Positions 8,763 through 19,042 of a DNA stretch of 64,000 nucleotides are shown here, piece after piece. Numbering within the stretch: position 1 is the stretch's first letter; the number at the start of each line of letters is the position of its first letter. A program made the position numbers and the translations under genes. The notes under the pieces were generated by a model. That model was not told the origin of the DNA. It made no database searches and saw only the letters and a program-made list of their open reading frames with translations. This DNA is from a virus, in IMG/VR virus record IMGVR_UViG_3300008954_000005, positions 64,001 through 128,000 of that record. The stretch is one strand, 5' to 3'.

Positions 8763-10733
8763 TTACATAGTATTAGACCTGATCTGCAGCTTCTTAAGCC
8801 CAGTAATCGCACGCTCCATGCCAGAAAGGGATGACGCTACCGCAGGCTCAGGAATATCTGACAAACCAAGTCGAACGCCAACAAGTAGCTCAGCCAGCTT
8901 AGAGGCAGATTCCTCAAAAACAGGTAGAGCATCCAAGTATCCTTGGACGTTTTCTGGCGTAATAAAGTTAAGTGATAATACGGAGTCAACTGTCTCCGAG
9001 TTGTTTAGAACCGCAGCCTCCTTGACCAAATCCATCCTAATCACCGACGCAATTTGCGCGGCTTCGTCATTCGAGCCCAACTCAATCGTTGGCGCTAGAA
9101 TCCTACGACTAGCGACGAAAACCTCTTCTCCCTTATCAGCCGCATGAGCTAACTTAGTCATAGCTCCTTCTGAAGAATCTCCGAGAACACCCAGTACCAG
9201 AAGCGCCTCATCCAACTTCAAGAAGGCCCTCTTCTCTAGATCTTTTACCGGGGCTCCCTCAAAGCTAAATTCTGTCCCATCGCTAATGATTTTAACTTTA
9301 TTGATATAGTCGGTTCTGGCCGAAATCTTCTCAATCTGCGTGGTGTCTGACCGGTAGCTCCCGTTAAAGGTCATAGGCACAAACACACTGTCTTCGGGAA
9401 TTAGGAAATCACGCCCACCAAGGCCGACAGGAATCCGCACCGACGCCAGCTTGAGCGTTCCCCGTCCCTGTAGGGGGGTTTCGTAGATGTACGAAGTCTC
9501 CCCGTTCGCATCCGTCACCGCGTGGTTTACGGTCAATGGTTCCGAAACCTTACCTGCCGTCTTAAACACAAAGACTCCCTCCCCTATTGGGGCCGAGCCT
9601 TCGAGAGCGTTTAGGTCAAGATCCCCACAACGAACACCAGCTACCTTAGCCTGAAAAGCGGCTCCGCTAGACCCAACAACCAGACGAAGGTCGGATTCCC
9701 GCCCGTCCAGGGTGAGAACATCGGTGATCACTGCGGCTCGTCGCGCACTGCCGTACTTATCTAGGACAGAGAACACACCGGTTTCATCAATAACCTCTAG
9801 ATCTTTGGTCACCTCGATTTTAGGTAGCGCTTCAGTATTATCAGCTAATAATACGGATCCTGTCTTCACCACACTATTTCGAACCTCCCTGGGAAGGGTC
9901 GCCGCGTCCTTGTTGCGGAGCTTGTGTGTAGAAACCTCAAACCCGTTAGAGCTTGCGGTTTTAATCAGGTAGCCGCCGCCAACTTTACAGACAACCGCTG
10001 CCTCAAAATCAGAGGTTGTGGGCGCACTCTCAACGGGCTGGTTTTCTACGGAGTGTGCCAACTTGGACAACACTGATGAAAACGCGGGATTTAGATCAGC
10101 CGCATCAACAAGACGCTCACTAGCCGCAATCTTGTTGAAGAACTTCTCAACCACCTCTTTGCCCAATGACACACCAGCAAATGCAGAAGCCTGCTTAACT
10201 GACTGGTTTGGGGAAAGGGGACCACCACCACTCATACCCTCGGGCTCAGCGGGGTTAACGTTCTGGTTAGCCGACGCCCCTAGTGCTTTGGGAACAGGAG
10301 CGATGGAGTACGGACCCGCATCAAACATCGCCGCTGCAACGCGCATCTCGTTTAGGGGCAAGAACCTACCATCGGGAGTGATGAAAACGTCGTAGGAGTA
10401 CGCCTTCTTATTCTCCACAATGATCGGGATACGAACACTATTGTTCGGATCTGGCTCTGGTTGACCCTGACTAATCATCTGTCCCATCTGCTGTGTTCCC
10501 TCTGGGGGTGGAACATCGCTGGGCTGGCTGACGAGGAATACACCATACATGTATCCTTGGCTCTCATCCTGCCCTTGGACAGAGATGTTCACCTGATACT
10601 TACCCAGGTAGGGGTGCTGCTTGTACAGATGAGCGATCAACTCACTGGGGTAAGTGGACGGGTTATCCCCGAGAAGGAACTTGGCAGCTACCTTCTCGAA
10701 GTGTGGTCCTTTTAATTTTCTGGTAAGTTCCAT
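8763..10733 (-). CDS. large putative head-associated protein, K-x-A-rich
   Basis: 656 aa; SD AGGAG; about 12 K-x-A motifs; C-terminal DLVKEAA...TVDSVLSLNFITPENV helical block. Confidence 0.8.
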   Translation of the reverse strand: MELTRKLKGPHFEKVAAKFLLGDNPSTYPSELIAHLYKQHPYLGKYQVNISVQGQDESQGYMYGVFLVSQPSDVPPPEGTQQMGQMISQGQPEPDPNNSVRIPIIVENKKAYSYDVFITPDGRFLPLNEMRVAAAMFDAGPYSIAPVPKALGASANQNVNPAEPEGMSGGGPLSPNQSVKQASAFAGVSLGKEVVEKFFNKIAASERLVDAADLNPAFSSVLSKLAHSVENQPVESAPTTSDFEAAVVCKVGGGYLIKTASSNGFEVSTHKLRNKDAATLPREVRNSVVKTGSVLLADNTEALPKIEVTKDLEVIDETGVFSVLDKYGSARRAAVITDVLTLDGRESDLRLVVGSSGAAFQAKVAGVRCGDLDLNALEGSAPIGEGVFVFKTAGKVSEPLTVNHAVTDANGETSYIYETPLQGRGTLKLASVRIPVGLGGRDFLIPEDSVFVPMTFNGSYRSDTTQIEKISARTDYINKVKIISDGTEFSFEGAPVKDLEKRAFLKLDEALLVLGVLGDSSEGAMTKLAHAADKGEEVFVASRRILAPTIELGSNDEAAQIASVIRMDLVKEAAVLNNSETVDSVLSLNFITPENVQGYLDALPVFEESASKLAELLVGVRLGLSDIPEPAVASSLSGMERAITGLKKLQIRSNTM

Positions 10734-10820
10734 GTTATATACTCCTACGACCTGTGCGATGAGCGTCGGCTTGGTCTAATAATACATTGTTAGTATCAAG
10801 TGTTGAAGGCATTAGCTACT

Positions 10821-11321
10821 CTAGCTCCAAGGGGTTGTGGGTACTGGACCACCGGGAGTGGTCACAGAAACCAACCCCGTCGCAGCCCATGTAAGTAGTT
10901 TCGGGTGTATTTCAGCTATTATCGGTGCGTGAGAATCACTAGCAGGGCTAGTTATCACAGTAATCACCGGTGGGGCGGGGGGAGGCGTGATGGGGATAAG
11001 CTGCCCAGCGATGCCCGGTGCAGCGTTTACTGGTATAGAGGCCAGCGCCCCAAAAGCTTGAAACCCGTTCTGCAGGGCAGTAGCGAGCGTCGCCCCGGCT
11101 GGGTCGGGGGCAACAGTGGCCCCGAACGCTGCTGCGAAAGCCGCCTTACCGGCCTCTAGCCCAACCGGTGTCCACGTCGGGTTCAAGCCGTTCTCAAAAA
11201 AGGCTTCGCCCACAACCGCCCACTCTTGTCCTGCGTGAGTACTTTCATCGCCTTCATTCATGGCGGAAACTACGCCTTCCAGGGCGTCGGTCATTGCTGA
11301 TAGGGCTGCTGCTAATGGCAT
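10821..11321 (-). CDS. A/P-rich hypothetical protein, possibly spike-associated
   Basis: 166 aa immediately downstream of the spike gene. Confidence 0.65.
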   Translation of the reverse strand: MPLAAALSAMTDALEGVVSAMNEGDESTHAGQEWAVVGEAFFENGLNPTWTPVGLEAGKAAFAAAFGATVAPDPAGATLATALQNGFQAFGALASIPVNAAPGIAGQLIPITPPPAPPVITVITSPASDSHAPIIAEIHPKLLTWAATGLVSVTTPGGPVPTTPWS

Positions 11322-11322
11322 T

Positions 11323-12780
11323 TTACTTTTTAGCCTTTACTGTCTTAGACGCTACATCATCTTCAAACGTAACTGTCGCGCTAGGGAGGACGGGTCCGCT
11401 AGGACCAGCCGGGGTAGCGCATGAGAACTTGCTCTCTAGCCAAGTCTTTAAATCCTGCCAACGAACCACCCCTTGTAGTTCGTCACTGTTGGTTCCCAAC
11501 TGAATATTTGCCTCTCCCTGAATAAGGACATCGCCCTTAACCTGGAAATCCATCTCTTCCAGCACCTTGAATAATACTGATTTTACTTGAGCTTCAAACT
11601 CATTAGTGTCTAATAATTCAAGGATACTCTGCTTATTTTCCTTGGTATCTTCGCTCCCACCGTCACCACCGTAAACAACCTTGATACCTTTATTAACACG
11701 CGCATATAGTGTCTGGTCTATCTCAGCGTGTATATGCCCCTTTGTGAAAACAAGTGCATCCCCTTCTCGATTTAGTTGGAAGGCGTAGCAAACGGAATCC
11801 TTGGTCTCGGTGTTCGTATCCTTCTCGGGGTCATGGTTGTAGATGGTAAGGCTGAGGATGCCCTTGGACTCTTTTCTAATACCTTTAGCTTTGTGGCTAC
11901 CCGTTAACCGTACTGGCTGATCAACTCGATCCTTGGTGGCTTTGTGCCCCAAATAACCAAACTCATGTTCAGCATCCTCCTCGGTATCTAAGACCTCTGG
12001 AGTTAAACGACCAATACGAAGCTCTACAGTGTACTTGCCTTCCTTAACGTCCTCTTGGCACAAATCTTTTATGTTGTACCGAACCATCACCGGCGTCTCT
12101 GCTGCCGCGCTCAGAGCCTTGCTCTTATCGGCCTCCTCCAACAAATCAGAAGACAAGTAGCCTAGAACCTCTGTGGGCGTTTCGCCCTCAACTAGTTGTG
12201 CGTGGCCCCATTCAATCTCTCCAACGGGGCTGTAGGCTTGGTATCTCTGGAAGTAGTCGCGTACTAAATTCTCGATGGGCAGGTAGACGCGCTGCGCTAA
12301 CCCAGTAGCGCCGATTTGTACCATCCCACCACGCCGAACAATGACATGATTACCGTCAATAGCACCCATGTAAATGTCGCCGGGTTCTAGGTTCTCCCGC
12401 ATTGCCCGGAAGTTCGGCCCAGCATCAGCGGACTCTTCAATCAATTCTGCGCTTGGGCCGTCCAACTCAGCCATGTGCTCCGGGACAACGGCTGGCTGTG
12501 CGTTTATGATGAACGAGAGGATAAAGGACGTCCCATCGGCACACTCACACACATAACAGTGTGAGTTCACTTCCGGCATCCAGTACAACCCACCAACATG
12601 ATCTTGATGACAATACCCAGCAGCAAAAGGAACATCCACCAATGCCTTATGCGTGTAAATCGTCATCAAGTCACAAGTAAACTCTTGCACGTTCACACTC
12701 TGTACCAGAGCTAGGTGCACCTTCGCGGGCCTGTCAGCAAACCCAGGAGTTTGCCCCATACCATCTTGAAATTCAGACAT
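11323..12780 (-). CDS. baseplate central spike (gpV/gp5/VgrG-like)
   Basis: N-terminal OB-fold-like segment (LALVQSVNVQEFTCDL...GGLYWMPEVNSHCYV), C-terminal beta-strand repeats, tip motif CATPAGPSGP. Confidence 0.7.
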   Translation of the reverse strand: MSEFQDGMGQTPGFADRPAKVHLALVQSVNVQEFTCDLMTIYTHKALVDVPFAAGYCHQDHVGGLYWMPEVNSHCYVCECADGTSFILSFIINAQPAVVPEHMAELDGPSAELIEESADAGPNFRAMRENLEPGDIYMGAIDGNHVIVRRGGMVQIGATGLAQRVYLPIENLVRDYFQRYQAYSPVGEIEWGHAQLVEGETPTEVLGYLSSDLLEEADKSKALSAAAETPVMVRYNIKDLCQEDVKEGKYTVELRIGRLTPEVLDTEEDAEHEFGYLGHKATKDRVDQPVRLTGSHKAKGIRKESKGILSLTIYNHDPEKDTNTETKDSVCYAFQLNREGDALVFTKGHIHAEIDQTLYARVNKGIKVVYGGDGGSEDTKENKQSILELLDTNEFEAQVKSVLFKVLEEMDFQVKGDVLIQGEANIQLGTNSDELQGVVRWQDLKTWLESKFSCATPAGPSGPVLPSATVTFEDDVASKTVKAKK

Positions 12781-15700
12781 TAATAAGGGCCTCCGCTATC
12801 TTTAGGCTTACCGAATTCAGCGGAATAAGCGATGCCTGGGGCGGGGTGTGTTCCGTGAAGATCAGACTCCCATCCCTCATTCGCAGCCCTAATAAAGGTT
12901 TCTTTAAGTTTTCGGTACTGAAGCCTAGCGATCCAGTCTGTACTCTGATCCAGAGGAAGTGTCTCGATACCACGGAGCATCGGCTGCACTCTGATCGGGG
13001 CTTTCATTTTGCCAGAACGATTGAGGGCAGCAGCGTGTGATAAAGAGATGTAGTCATTCTTGATAAACGAGGAGTCTCCAGGGTCAGTGACCCGCCCGAG
13101 GTTGGTTACCGCCTTGGTGACCACCTCAATGTTCCTTCGTTTAATCCCTTCGCTCTTATACACCTTGTTGATCTCGTCAGCGATGTACGCCTGGACTGTG
13201 TCTACGTTGGTCTTTGCCAATAGGTCTCGGGGCTCAATTACACCACTTGAAATCTGCTGGCCCTTCCTAACCTTGTCCCCAACACCGATACTGATCGTTC
13301 GCCCAGCCGGAACATAGATGTCCTCGTTACCAATAGAGATATCAAAACCACCGACAGGGCTCTTAGTCACCTTGCTTACCTCAGCGGTAGCTGGAGAAAG
13401 TACTGCTGCGTTAGGTAGCGTTGCGGGCATCTTCAGAAGTTGGCTAATCCGGTCAATGCCACCAACGACACCCGCAGAAGACCCGGCCACACCGCCCGTA
13501 TGGAATGTCTTCATAGACAACTGTGTGCCGCGTTCCCCCAATGCGGTTCCGGCAATAAGCCCGATATTGGTCCCCACCTCAACAGGCCTTCCACCATCCA
13601 TGAGCCCATAGCAGTGAGAACACAGCCCCTTCTTGGACTCACATTTCATAGGCGATCTAGCCACAACTTTAGAGACCTTTGAGGCCTTTAGCTTAGAAAG
13701 CAGCGCAGGGGTTATGGCCGTACCTGCGGGGACCGTGGATCCCCCAGCCTTAAAGGCTTTAGCAGTAAACCGATCAACTAAATCTGAGTCGCCAATATCT
13801 AGGGCAATCCCCCGCTTCGTACCACAATTATTCTGTGTAACTACGTAGCTAATAGCCGTGTTGGCTATTTGTTTATTCAGTGCCCCCGGAACAGATACAG
13901 ACTGTACCTTCTCAATGAGGCCCTTACGCGCACCAGATGAAGCGACCCAGTAATCAGAAGAACGCAGACCTTCGGAATATGACCTGTCTACAGGCACAGG
14001 AATAACCCGACCGCTCGCATTCTCTAGAAGCATGGGTCCGATAAGCATCTGCTGTAGCTGCGACCAAGCGGGTTTGACTCCTGCGTTGTTCATAGCTCTG
14101 AGTTTGTTTCCATCTTTGTCTAGAATCTTCTTAGCTTCTGACGACAGGTCTTCTGTCACCTTGGTATACAGGTCGATAATTTGAGCTTCGGCGGCGCTAG
14201 GAGAGATGAGCTTCATCTTCTCCTTTTTCCTGATGGCTGTTTCCTTAGCCCGCGCAACTTTCATCCTGCTATTGCGAAGCTCTGTGAGAGTGTTGAAGTC
14301 ATCCAAATCAAACGAGAACCCGGTGTCGTACGCATGACCAAAGCCAAGATTCTTTATCTTGTCTGCTGTGGCTTGGAACTCTGCGGGGCTTTTCACAGCT
14401 ACTTGGCGCAAGATGTTTTGGAGGACACCCTTCCCCATAATCAGCTTAGGGTCTGTGAGGATTTCTTCAGATTGAACCTTTTTCGGCAAGGCATTATTGA
14501 ATAATATTCTTCCCGCCGTTGTTCGTAATCCCCCAACAGACACAACATCAGTAGCTAGAATATCTCCAGCCTCTGCGGCGGCTAATGCTTCTTTAGCATC
14601 GGCAAACTTAGTTCTCGTCTTCTTCCCCATTTGGGTAAGCAGGTAGAGCCCTAACTGGCCCTCTAGGCTCGGCTGGTACATCACCCTCCCAGTAGCAGGG
14701 TTGAACAGGTTCTTTGAGGGCAGCATTTTATGCGCCTCATCGACGGCCTCTTGGGATACGGGCACAAAGATGGCCATTGTGTCCCCGTCAAAGTCAGCAT
14801 TGAACCCACCGGTCACCAGAGGGTGGATGTGGATGGACTTCTCATCGTGAAGTTTTGGCTTAAAGGCCATGATCCCAAACTTATGTAGAACTGGGTCACG
14901 CTTAAAAAGTACCGGGCGCTTGTTAACAGCAACCTCAAGGGCTCTATTCGCCAAAGAACTATTCTTCTCGATTTCTTCCCTAGCCTTGAGGGGCGTATAC
15001 CCCATGTTTACAAGCTCCTTCACCACAAAGGGCCTGTAGATCTTCATAGCCCCCTTCCTCGGAAGACCTAACTCGTCGAGGTGCAGATCCATATCGGGAA
15101 CAATGACCGACCGCATGGAGATGTCCTGCTTACGATCCAGAATTCGTTTGTGGAAAAAGCTCTGCTTTGGCGATTGACGGCCAGAGAGAATGGTGAGTAT
15201 TCCGGGGGGTCTTGCTTGACCATCCATAGTCATGGCCCCCTCTGTAGGGGTAGACACGCCCATCAAAGCATCCACAGCATTGTATAGGTCGCCCCGGAGC
15301 TTCGCGGTTGCGGACTCGGGCAAAACCCCATCGGCCTCCTTTAGCTTTTGGTTGAGCATGGCGATATCGCGGTACAACATGTTTGTACCATCGATGTTTA
15401 GATCCCCGCCCTCCATAGCGGTAATGGGCCTAAAGATAGGGGGCAGGACTGGCACATTGCTTATTCCGTACGCCTTGTCAGCGGAAAGGCCCTCCTTCTT
15501 GAGCATCAGCAGGTACTTAATCTTCTTGTTCAGCTTATCTAGCTCACCCCGTCTAGCGGTCTTTATCTGTTCCTTAGCCGAGGCAAGCTCTTCATCCACA
15601 TTTAGTGCAGCTAGGGCAGCAATGATTCCTTGAGGACCGACTATGTCTTTATGCGTTCCCGCAATAGCACTGTCGTACTCTTTCCCAGTCAGTCCCAGCA

Positions 15701-18700
15701 AAGACCGAACACCCTTTTCAAACATGGGGTTCGGCATAGAGGTTCCAAGAGCGATGTGCCCCCAATGATTACCGCCTGGGCCACCGGTCACGTCCTCATC
15801 AAATAGACCGCCCTTTTCTGGCTTTAGATCCTTGCCGCGAATTACGCGACTACCATCGGTAATCTCACCGTTAGAGGTCTCAAGAATTTGTTTATCCGTG
15901 AGAGGTGAGACAACAAGACCATTCCCCTCCTTCTCCACGTTAAGACCAAGAGCCCCCATGTACGCCAAGAATTTTTCATATGCGAACGATGGTTTTGGGT
16001 TGGGGAGGATCTGGCCTGTTTGGACTGCTGTCCAAATCTCATCCTGTTGCTTATCGCTTTTGTAGGTCAGTGCGTCCCGAATATTGGCTGTAGCTCCGTG
16101 GGCAAGCATGGCGTAAAGACCTAGTTCGCCAAACCGCTGTGCGCCTCCGGTTTCCCCACCGCCCTTGGGAACCAAGTTTGCGTCGTAGTCGTGTCCGTAA
16201 CCATGTGCCCTAGCACGGAGCTTCTTATCAATCTGATGTAGCAGCTTAAGCGTGTACTGCTTACCTACCAGTACTTGCCCCAGACTCTTCCCTGTGACCG
16301 GATCGAACAACTCCGTGGTTTCAGAGACGCCCTCTGCGGCAAGAACCTTCTTTACCTGCTCTTGGTAGCCGACTTCACGGTCGTGGGCCTTAATCGTTAT
16401 TTGCTTAGGGCCTTCTTTTGTCTGGATAGTGCGGGTGTGCTCCTTAACCCGGACAATCTTTTTCCCTCCGCTAGCCTGAAAGTTATCGACTGCGTAAGGC
16501 TCGCCCCGCTTGTCAGCAACCTTAGCCAAACTGGTCTCTAGGACCTGCCCTAGATTGATTCGGCCCGGAACACCAGAAGGATTCAGAATCAACTGGAGTG
16601 GGTTCCCTTCCGCATCTCTGGGCATCTCCTCATCAGGTATTACGGCAGTAATAACACCTTTATTGCCATGCCTACCTGTGAGTTTATCTCCTACGTCTGC
16701 GGGTTCTTCGGTCTTTACGTAGACCATTATCTCTCGACCATTACGAACAACATCCGTAACGACTCCGGCGTAAGGCTTCTCCCAGGTGACAGAGCGGTCC
16801 TTGAAGGGGCGTACCAGGGATTTATGGATTCCCTTCAACATCGCCTGCTCTTTTGAGGGCTCTGTCTTTTGGAGAACCGTCATCAAAGTGTCGCCTGGGT
16901 CAACCCGCTGGCCCTTCTTAATGACACCATCCTCATCCAGCTTGGCAGCGTTATCGTCCGTTACTGAGCCTGGGAAATTTGCCCGGAACTTGCGTAGCCC
17001 AACCTGCATATTTTTTTCAACGTACGCCCTATTTTTGTGCAGATGCTCGCTAGTCAGCTTCTTTGACGCCGTTTCAGAGATGACGATGCCGTCCTCAAAC
17101 ACCAAACCTTTGTAGGGGATGTAGCCAACCCTAAGGTTCGTGCCCATCGACAGCGTCCCGTCTTTTGTGAAGTTGGTGTCCGCGAGTGTCTGGCCAGCTT
17201 TGACGGTGTCCCCCTTCTTAACCAAGGGGGTGCTGCTGACAAAGGCCTTCTTGTCGTTCAGGGGAAAGTTGTCGTAGAGGGGCATCTCTACCTTGCTACC
17301 GTCCTTCGCCTGTAGAACGATTTTGGTGGCCCCAACAGACAGAACAGTCCCAGAGATTGGGCTGTTGTGACTAGTGAAGGAACCTACAATGTTTTCCCAC
17401 GTTTTAAACCGTTTGCTCGGGTTGCCGGAGACTACCTGCACAAGTGGTTGTTCTCGATCTTTTAGGGCTACCGCTTGTTCCATGTGGCGGGTAGCCATTC
17501 CAGCGCGATTAGCCTGATCCGTAGGGAGGAACGGGATCAGATTTGCTGTGATGGAGAACATGCCTTTGGGGGACCGAAGGATGTAATCGACCTCATTAGG
17601 CGCAACCTTCTCTGGATCCCCACCGTCTTTTCGGACAACCGTTACTAAGCTGTCAACGGCCTTAGGCTTCTTTCCAGAAAAGTCGTACTGGTCCGGGAAA
17701 GCGATGGCGGCATTAGCTAGGTCTGCTGGGCTTTTATCCACGTACGCCCCAGACTTGGTGTCGTACACAGTGATTAACGGCGTCGTCCCATCCTTCTTAA
17801 CACCCAAAGCAAGATGCCCGCTGATACCAGAACGCTTGCCCTCTGGTGTGTGCACCGGATCGATAAACCCTAGGAAGCTAGAGTCAATAAGCTTTGCATC
17901 ATCTGAAACAGCCTGCTCATTAGAAATACCACCCTGCCCCATAATGGTCGTTCGTAGGAACCCACCAATCATATCTACCGGGTTAACTTGGCTTGTTTGC
18001 TGGGACAGCGACGTTGACGTAAAGAAGGTTTTGATAGGGATGTTGAAGACATCCGGTGTAACGATGGCGCGAACGCTATCCTTCCTATCGATATTGTTCC
18101 CTAGCTTATACTGGATTCTTCTAGCTGAATTACCAATCCGCTCGGGAATGTGGTTGTCAATGGACCAAAGCTCCTTAAACCGAAGGGAGTCCCGATTATC
18201 AACCTCAGCCTCCCCCCTATTAATGGCTAATAACTTTCTAGAAGAGGCTAGCAGCGCACCACCGGAGACTTTATCGAAGCCTTCACCCAGGGTAATCGCT
18301 GTTGTATCTTTGAGTAACGCTGTTTTGTCGTACGCTTCTTTGACGATTGCCGCAGCCTCAGTATCGTTTGCTGGGGCGGCACCGCGTACAAGAGCCTTGG
18401 CGAGCTTAACGACCTCCCCCCGCTTTTTATCAGAGACGCTCCGTGCGTATAGCTCAGCCCCCCAAGCAGCACGGATGTCCTCATCCGGAATTCCCAAAGC
18501 TTGTAGAACGGGCAGTAGTTGAACGTTTGACGTTCCATACCCCATTAAGAATCTTCGTCTTGCGGGGTCGAATCCCAAACGGAAACCCCGCCCAGCCGCT
18601 AGGTTGAACTGGCTCTCAAGCTCTCCGTTGGCTTTACGTCTGGCGTACACCCCGGATTTTAGCCGCCACTGGTTGTCTACCTGATACTCCGTACCATCGA

Positions 18701-19013
18701 CAATGTAGCTATATCTTCTTGTGATTTTCGGGACAGCGGCAACTTTAACCTTAGCCACCTTATCTATGACTTTGCCGGTCTCGTTATCGACTAACTCAAA
18801 GTCACCATAGACTCCCTGAGCCCATGTTCGTCCACGTAATCTAGCTTTTTTCTGCGAAGGAATATCATCTAAATCAGTATCGCCCGTGGTGTAGATATTA
18901 CGAGCTACTAATGTTTGCTTCTTGCCTACTAGTGGAAAAAAACTATTTATTTTTTCTACGGTCCCGTCTTCGAGAGCTTTCATAACTCTCTGGGGATCTA
19001 GAACGTTTGCCAT
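12780..19013 (-). CDS. rpoBC: DNA-directed RNA polymerase, fused beta-beta' single polypeptide
   Basis: beta motifs DPVHTPEG, FEDGIVISE, GDKLTGRHGNKGVI, NPSGVPGRINLGQ, GGAQRFGE; then beta' motifs WGHI, VPVLPPIFRP, RDPVLH, catalytic NADFDGD (14781-14801), bridge helix GARKG, Zn site RSPMKC..LCSHCYG, trigger loop GERGTQLSMKTFHTGG. Confidence 0.97.
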   Translation of the reverse strand: MANVLDPQRVMKALEDGTVEKINSFFPLVGKKQTLVARNIYTTGDTDLDDIPSQKKARLRGRTWAQGVYGDFELVDNETGKVIDKVAKVKVAAVPKITRRYSYIVDGTEYQVDNQWRLKSGVYARRKANGELESQFNLAAGRGFRLGFDPARRRFLMGYGTSNVQLLPVLQALGIPDEDIRAAWGAELYARSVSDKKRGEVVKLAKALVRGAAPANDTEAAAIVKEAYDKTALLKDTTAITLGEGFDKVSGGALLASSRKLLAINRGEAEVDNRDSLRFKELWSIDNHIPERIGNSARRIQYKLGNNIDRKDSVRAIVTPDVFNIPIKTFFTSTSLSQQTSQVNPVDMIGGFLRTTIMGQGGISNEQAVSDDAKLIDSSFLGFIDPVHTPEGKRSGISGHLALGVKKDGTTPLITVYDTKSGAYVDKSPADLANAAIAFPDQYDFSGKKPKAVDSLVTVVRKDGGDPEKVAPNEVDYILRSPKGMFSITANLIPFLPTDQANRAGMATRHMEQAVALKDREQPLVQVVSGNPSKRFKTWENIVGSFTSHNSPISGTVLSVGATKIVLQAKDGSKVEMPLYDNFPLNDKKAFVSSTPLVKKGDTVKAGQTLADTNFTKDGTLSMGTNLRVGYIPYKGLVFEDGIVISETASKKLTSEHLHKNRAYVEKNMQVGLRKFRANFPGSVTDDNAAKLDEDGVIKKGQRVDPGDTLMTVLQKTEPSKEQAMLKGIHKSLVRPFKDRSVTWEKPYAGVVTDVVRNGREIMVYVKTEEPADVGDKLTGRHGNKGVITAVIPDEEMPRDAEGNPLQLILNPSGVPGRINLGQVLETSLAKVADKRGEPYAVDNFQASGGKKIVRVKEHTRTIQTKEGPKQITIKAHDREVGYQEQVKKVLAAEGVSETTELFDPVTGKSLGQVLVGKQYTLKLLHQIDKKLRARAHGYGHDYDANLVPKGGGETGGAQRFGELGLYAMLAHGATANIRDALTYKSDKQQDEIWTAVQTGQILPNPKPSFAYEKFLAYMGALGLNVEKEGNGLVVSPLTDKQILETSNGEITDGSRVIRGKDLKPEKGGLFDEDVTGGPGGNHWGHIALGTSMPNPMFEKGVRSLLGLTGKEYDSAIAGTHKDIVGPQGIIAALAALNVDEELASAKEQIKTARRGELDKLNKKIKYLLMLKKEGLSADKAYGISNVPVLPPIFRPITAMEGGDLNIDGTNMLYRDIAMLNQKLKEADGVLPESATAKLRGDLYNAVDALMGVSTPTEGAMTMDGQARPPGILTILSGRQSPKQSFFHKRILDRKQDISMRSVIVPDMDLHLDELGLPRKGAMKIYRPFVVKELVNMGYTPLKAREEIEKNSSLANRALEVAVNKRPVLFKRDPVLHKFGIMAFKPKLHDEKSIHIHPLVTGGFNADFDGDTMAIFVPVSQEAVDEAHKMLPSKNLFNPATGRVMYQPSLEGQLGLYLLTQMGKKTRTKFADAKEALAAAEAGDILATDVVSVGGLRTTAGRILFNNALPKKVQSEEILTDPKLIMGKGVLQNILRQVAVKSPAEFQATADKIKNLGFGHAYDTGFSFDLDDFNTLTELRNSRMKVARAKETAIRKKEKMKLISPSAAEAQIIDLYTKVTEDLSSEAKKILDKDGNKLRAMNNAGVKPAWSQLQQMLIGPMLLENASGRVIPVPVDRSYSEGLRSSDYWVASSGARKGLIEKVQSVSVPGALNKQIANTAISYVVTQNNCGTKRGIALDIGDSDLVDRFTAKAFKAGGSTVPAGTAITPALLSKLKASKVSKVVARSPMKCESKKGLCSHCYGLMDGGRPVEVGTNIGLIAGTALGERGTQLSMKTFHTGGVAGSSAGVVGGIDRISQLLKMPATLPNAAVLSPATAEVSKVTKSPVGGFDISIGNEDIYVPAGRTISIGVGDKVRKGQQISSGVIEPRDLLAKTNVDTVQAYIADEINKVYKSEGIKRRNIEVVTKAVTNLGRVTDPGDSSFIKNDYISLSHAAALNRSGKMKAPIRVQPMLRGIETLPLDQSTDWIARLQYRKLKETFIRAANEGWESDLHGTHPAPGIAYSAEFGKPKDSGGPY

Positions 19014-19042
19014 TGGGTGCCTCCGCGCTAACTACGCTCCCG

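Noticed and set aside
6121-15346. Shorter TTTAGCT matches (6121, about 11884, 13687, 15339)
   Set aside because: They have only three T, lie inside coding regions, and are explained by antisense xxx-AAA/AAG (Lys) codon pairs; they are not the 12-mer.
12780-19013. Host rpoBC locus or chimeric assembly
   Set aside because: No ribosomal-protein neighbours. The gene is coupled to a phage spike gene (TAATG overlap at 12780) and is strongly reduced and divergent.
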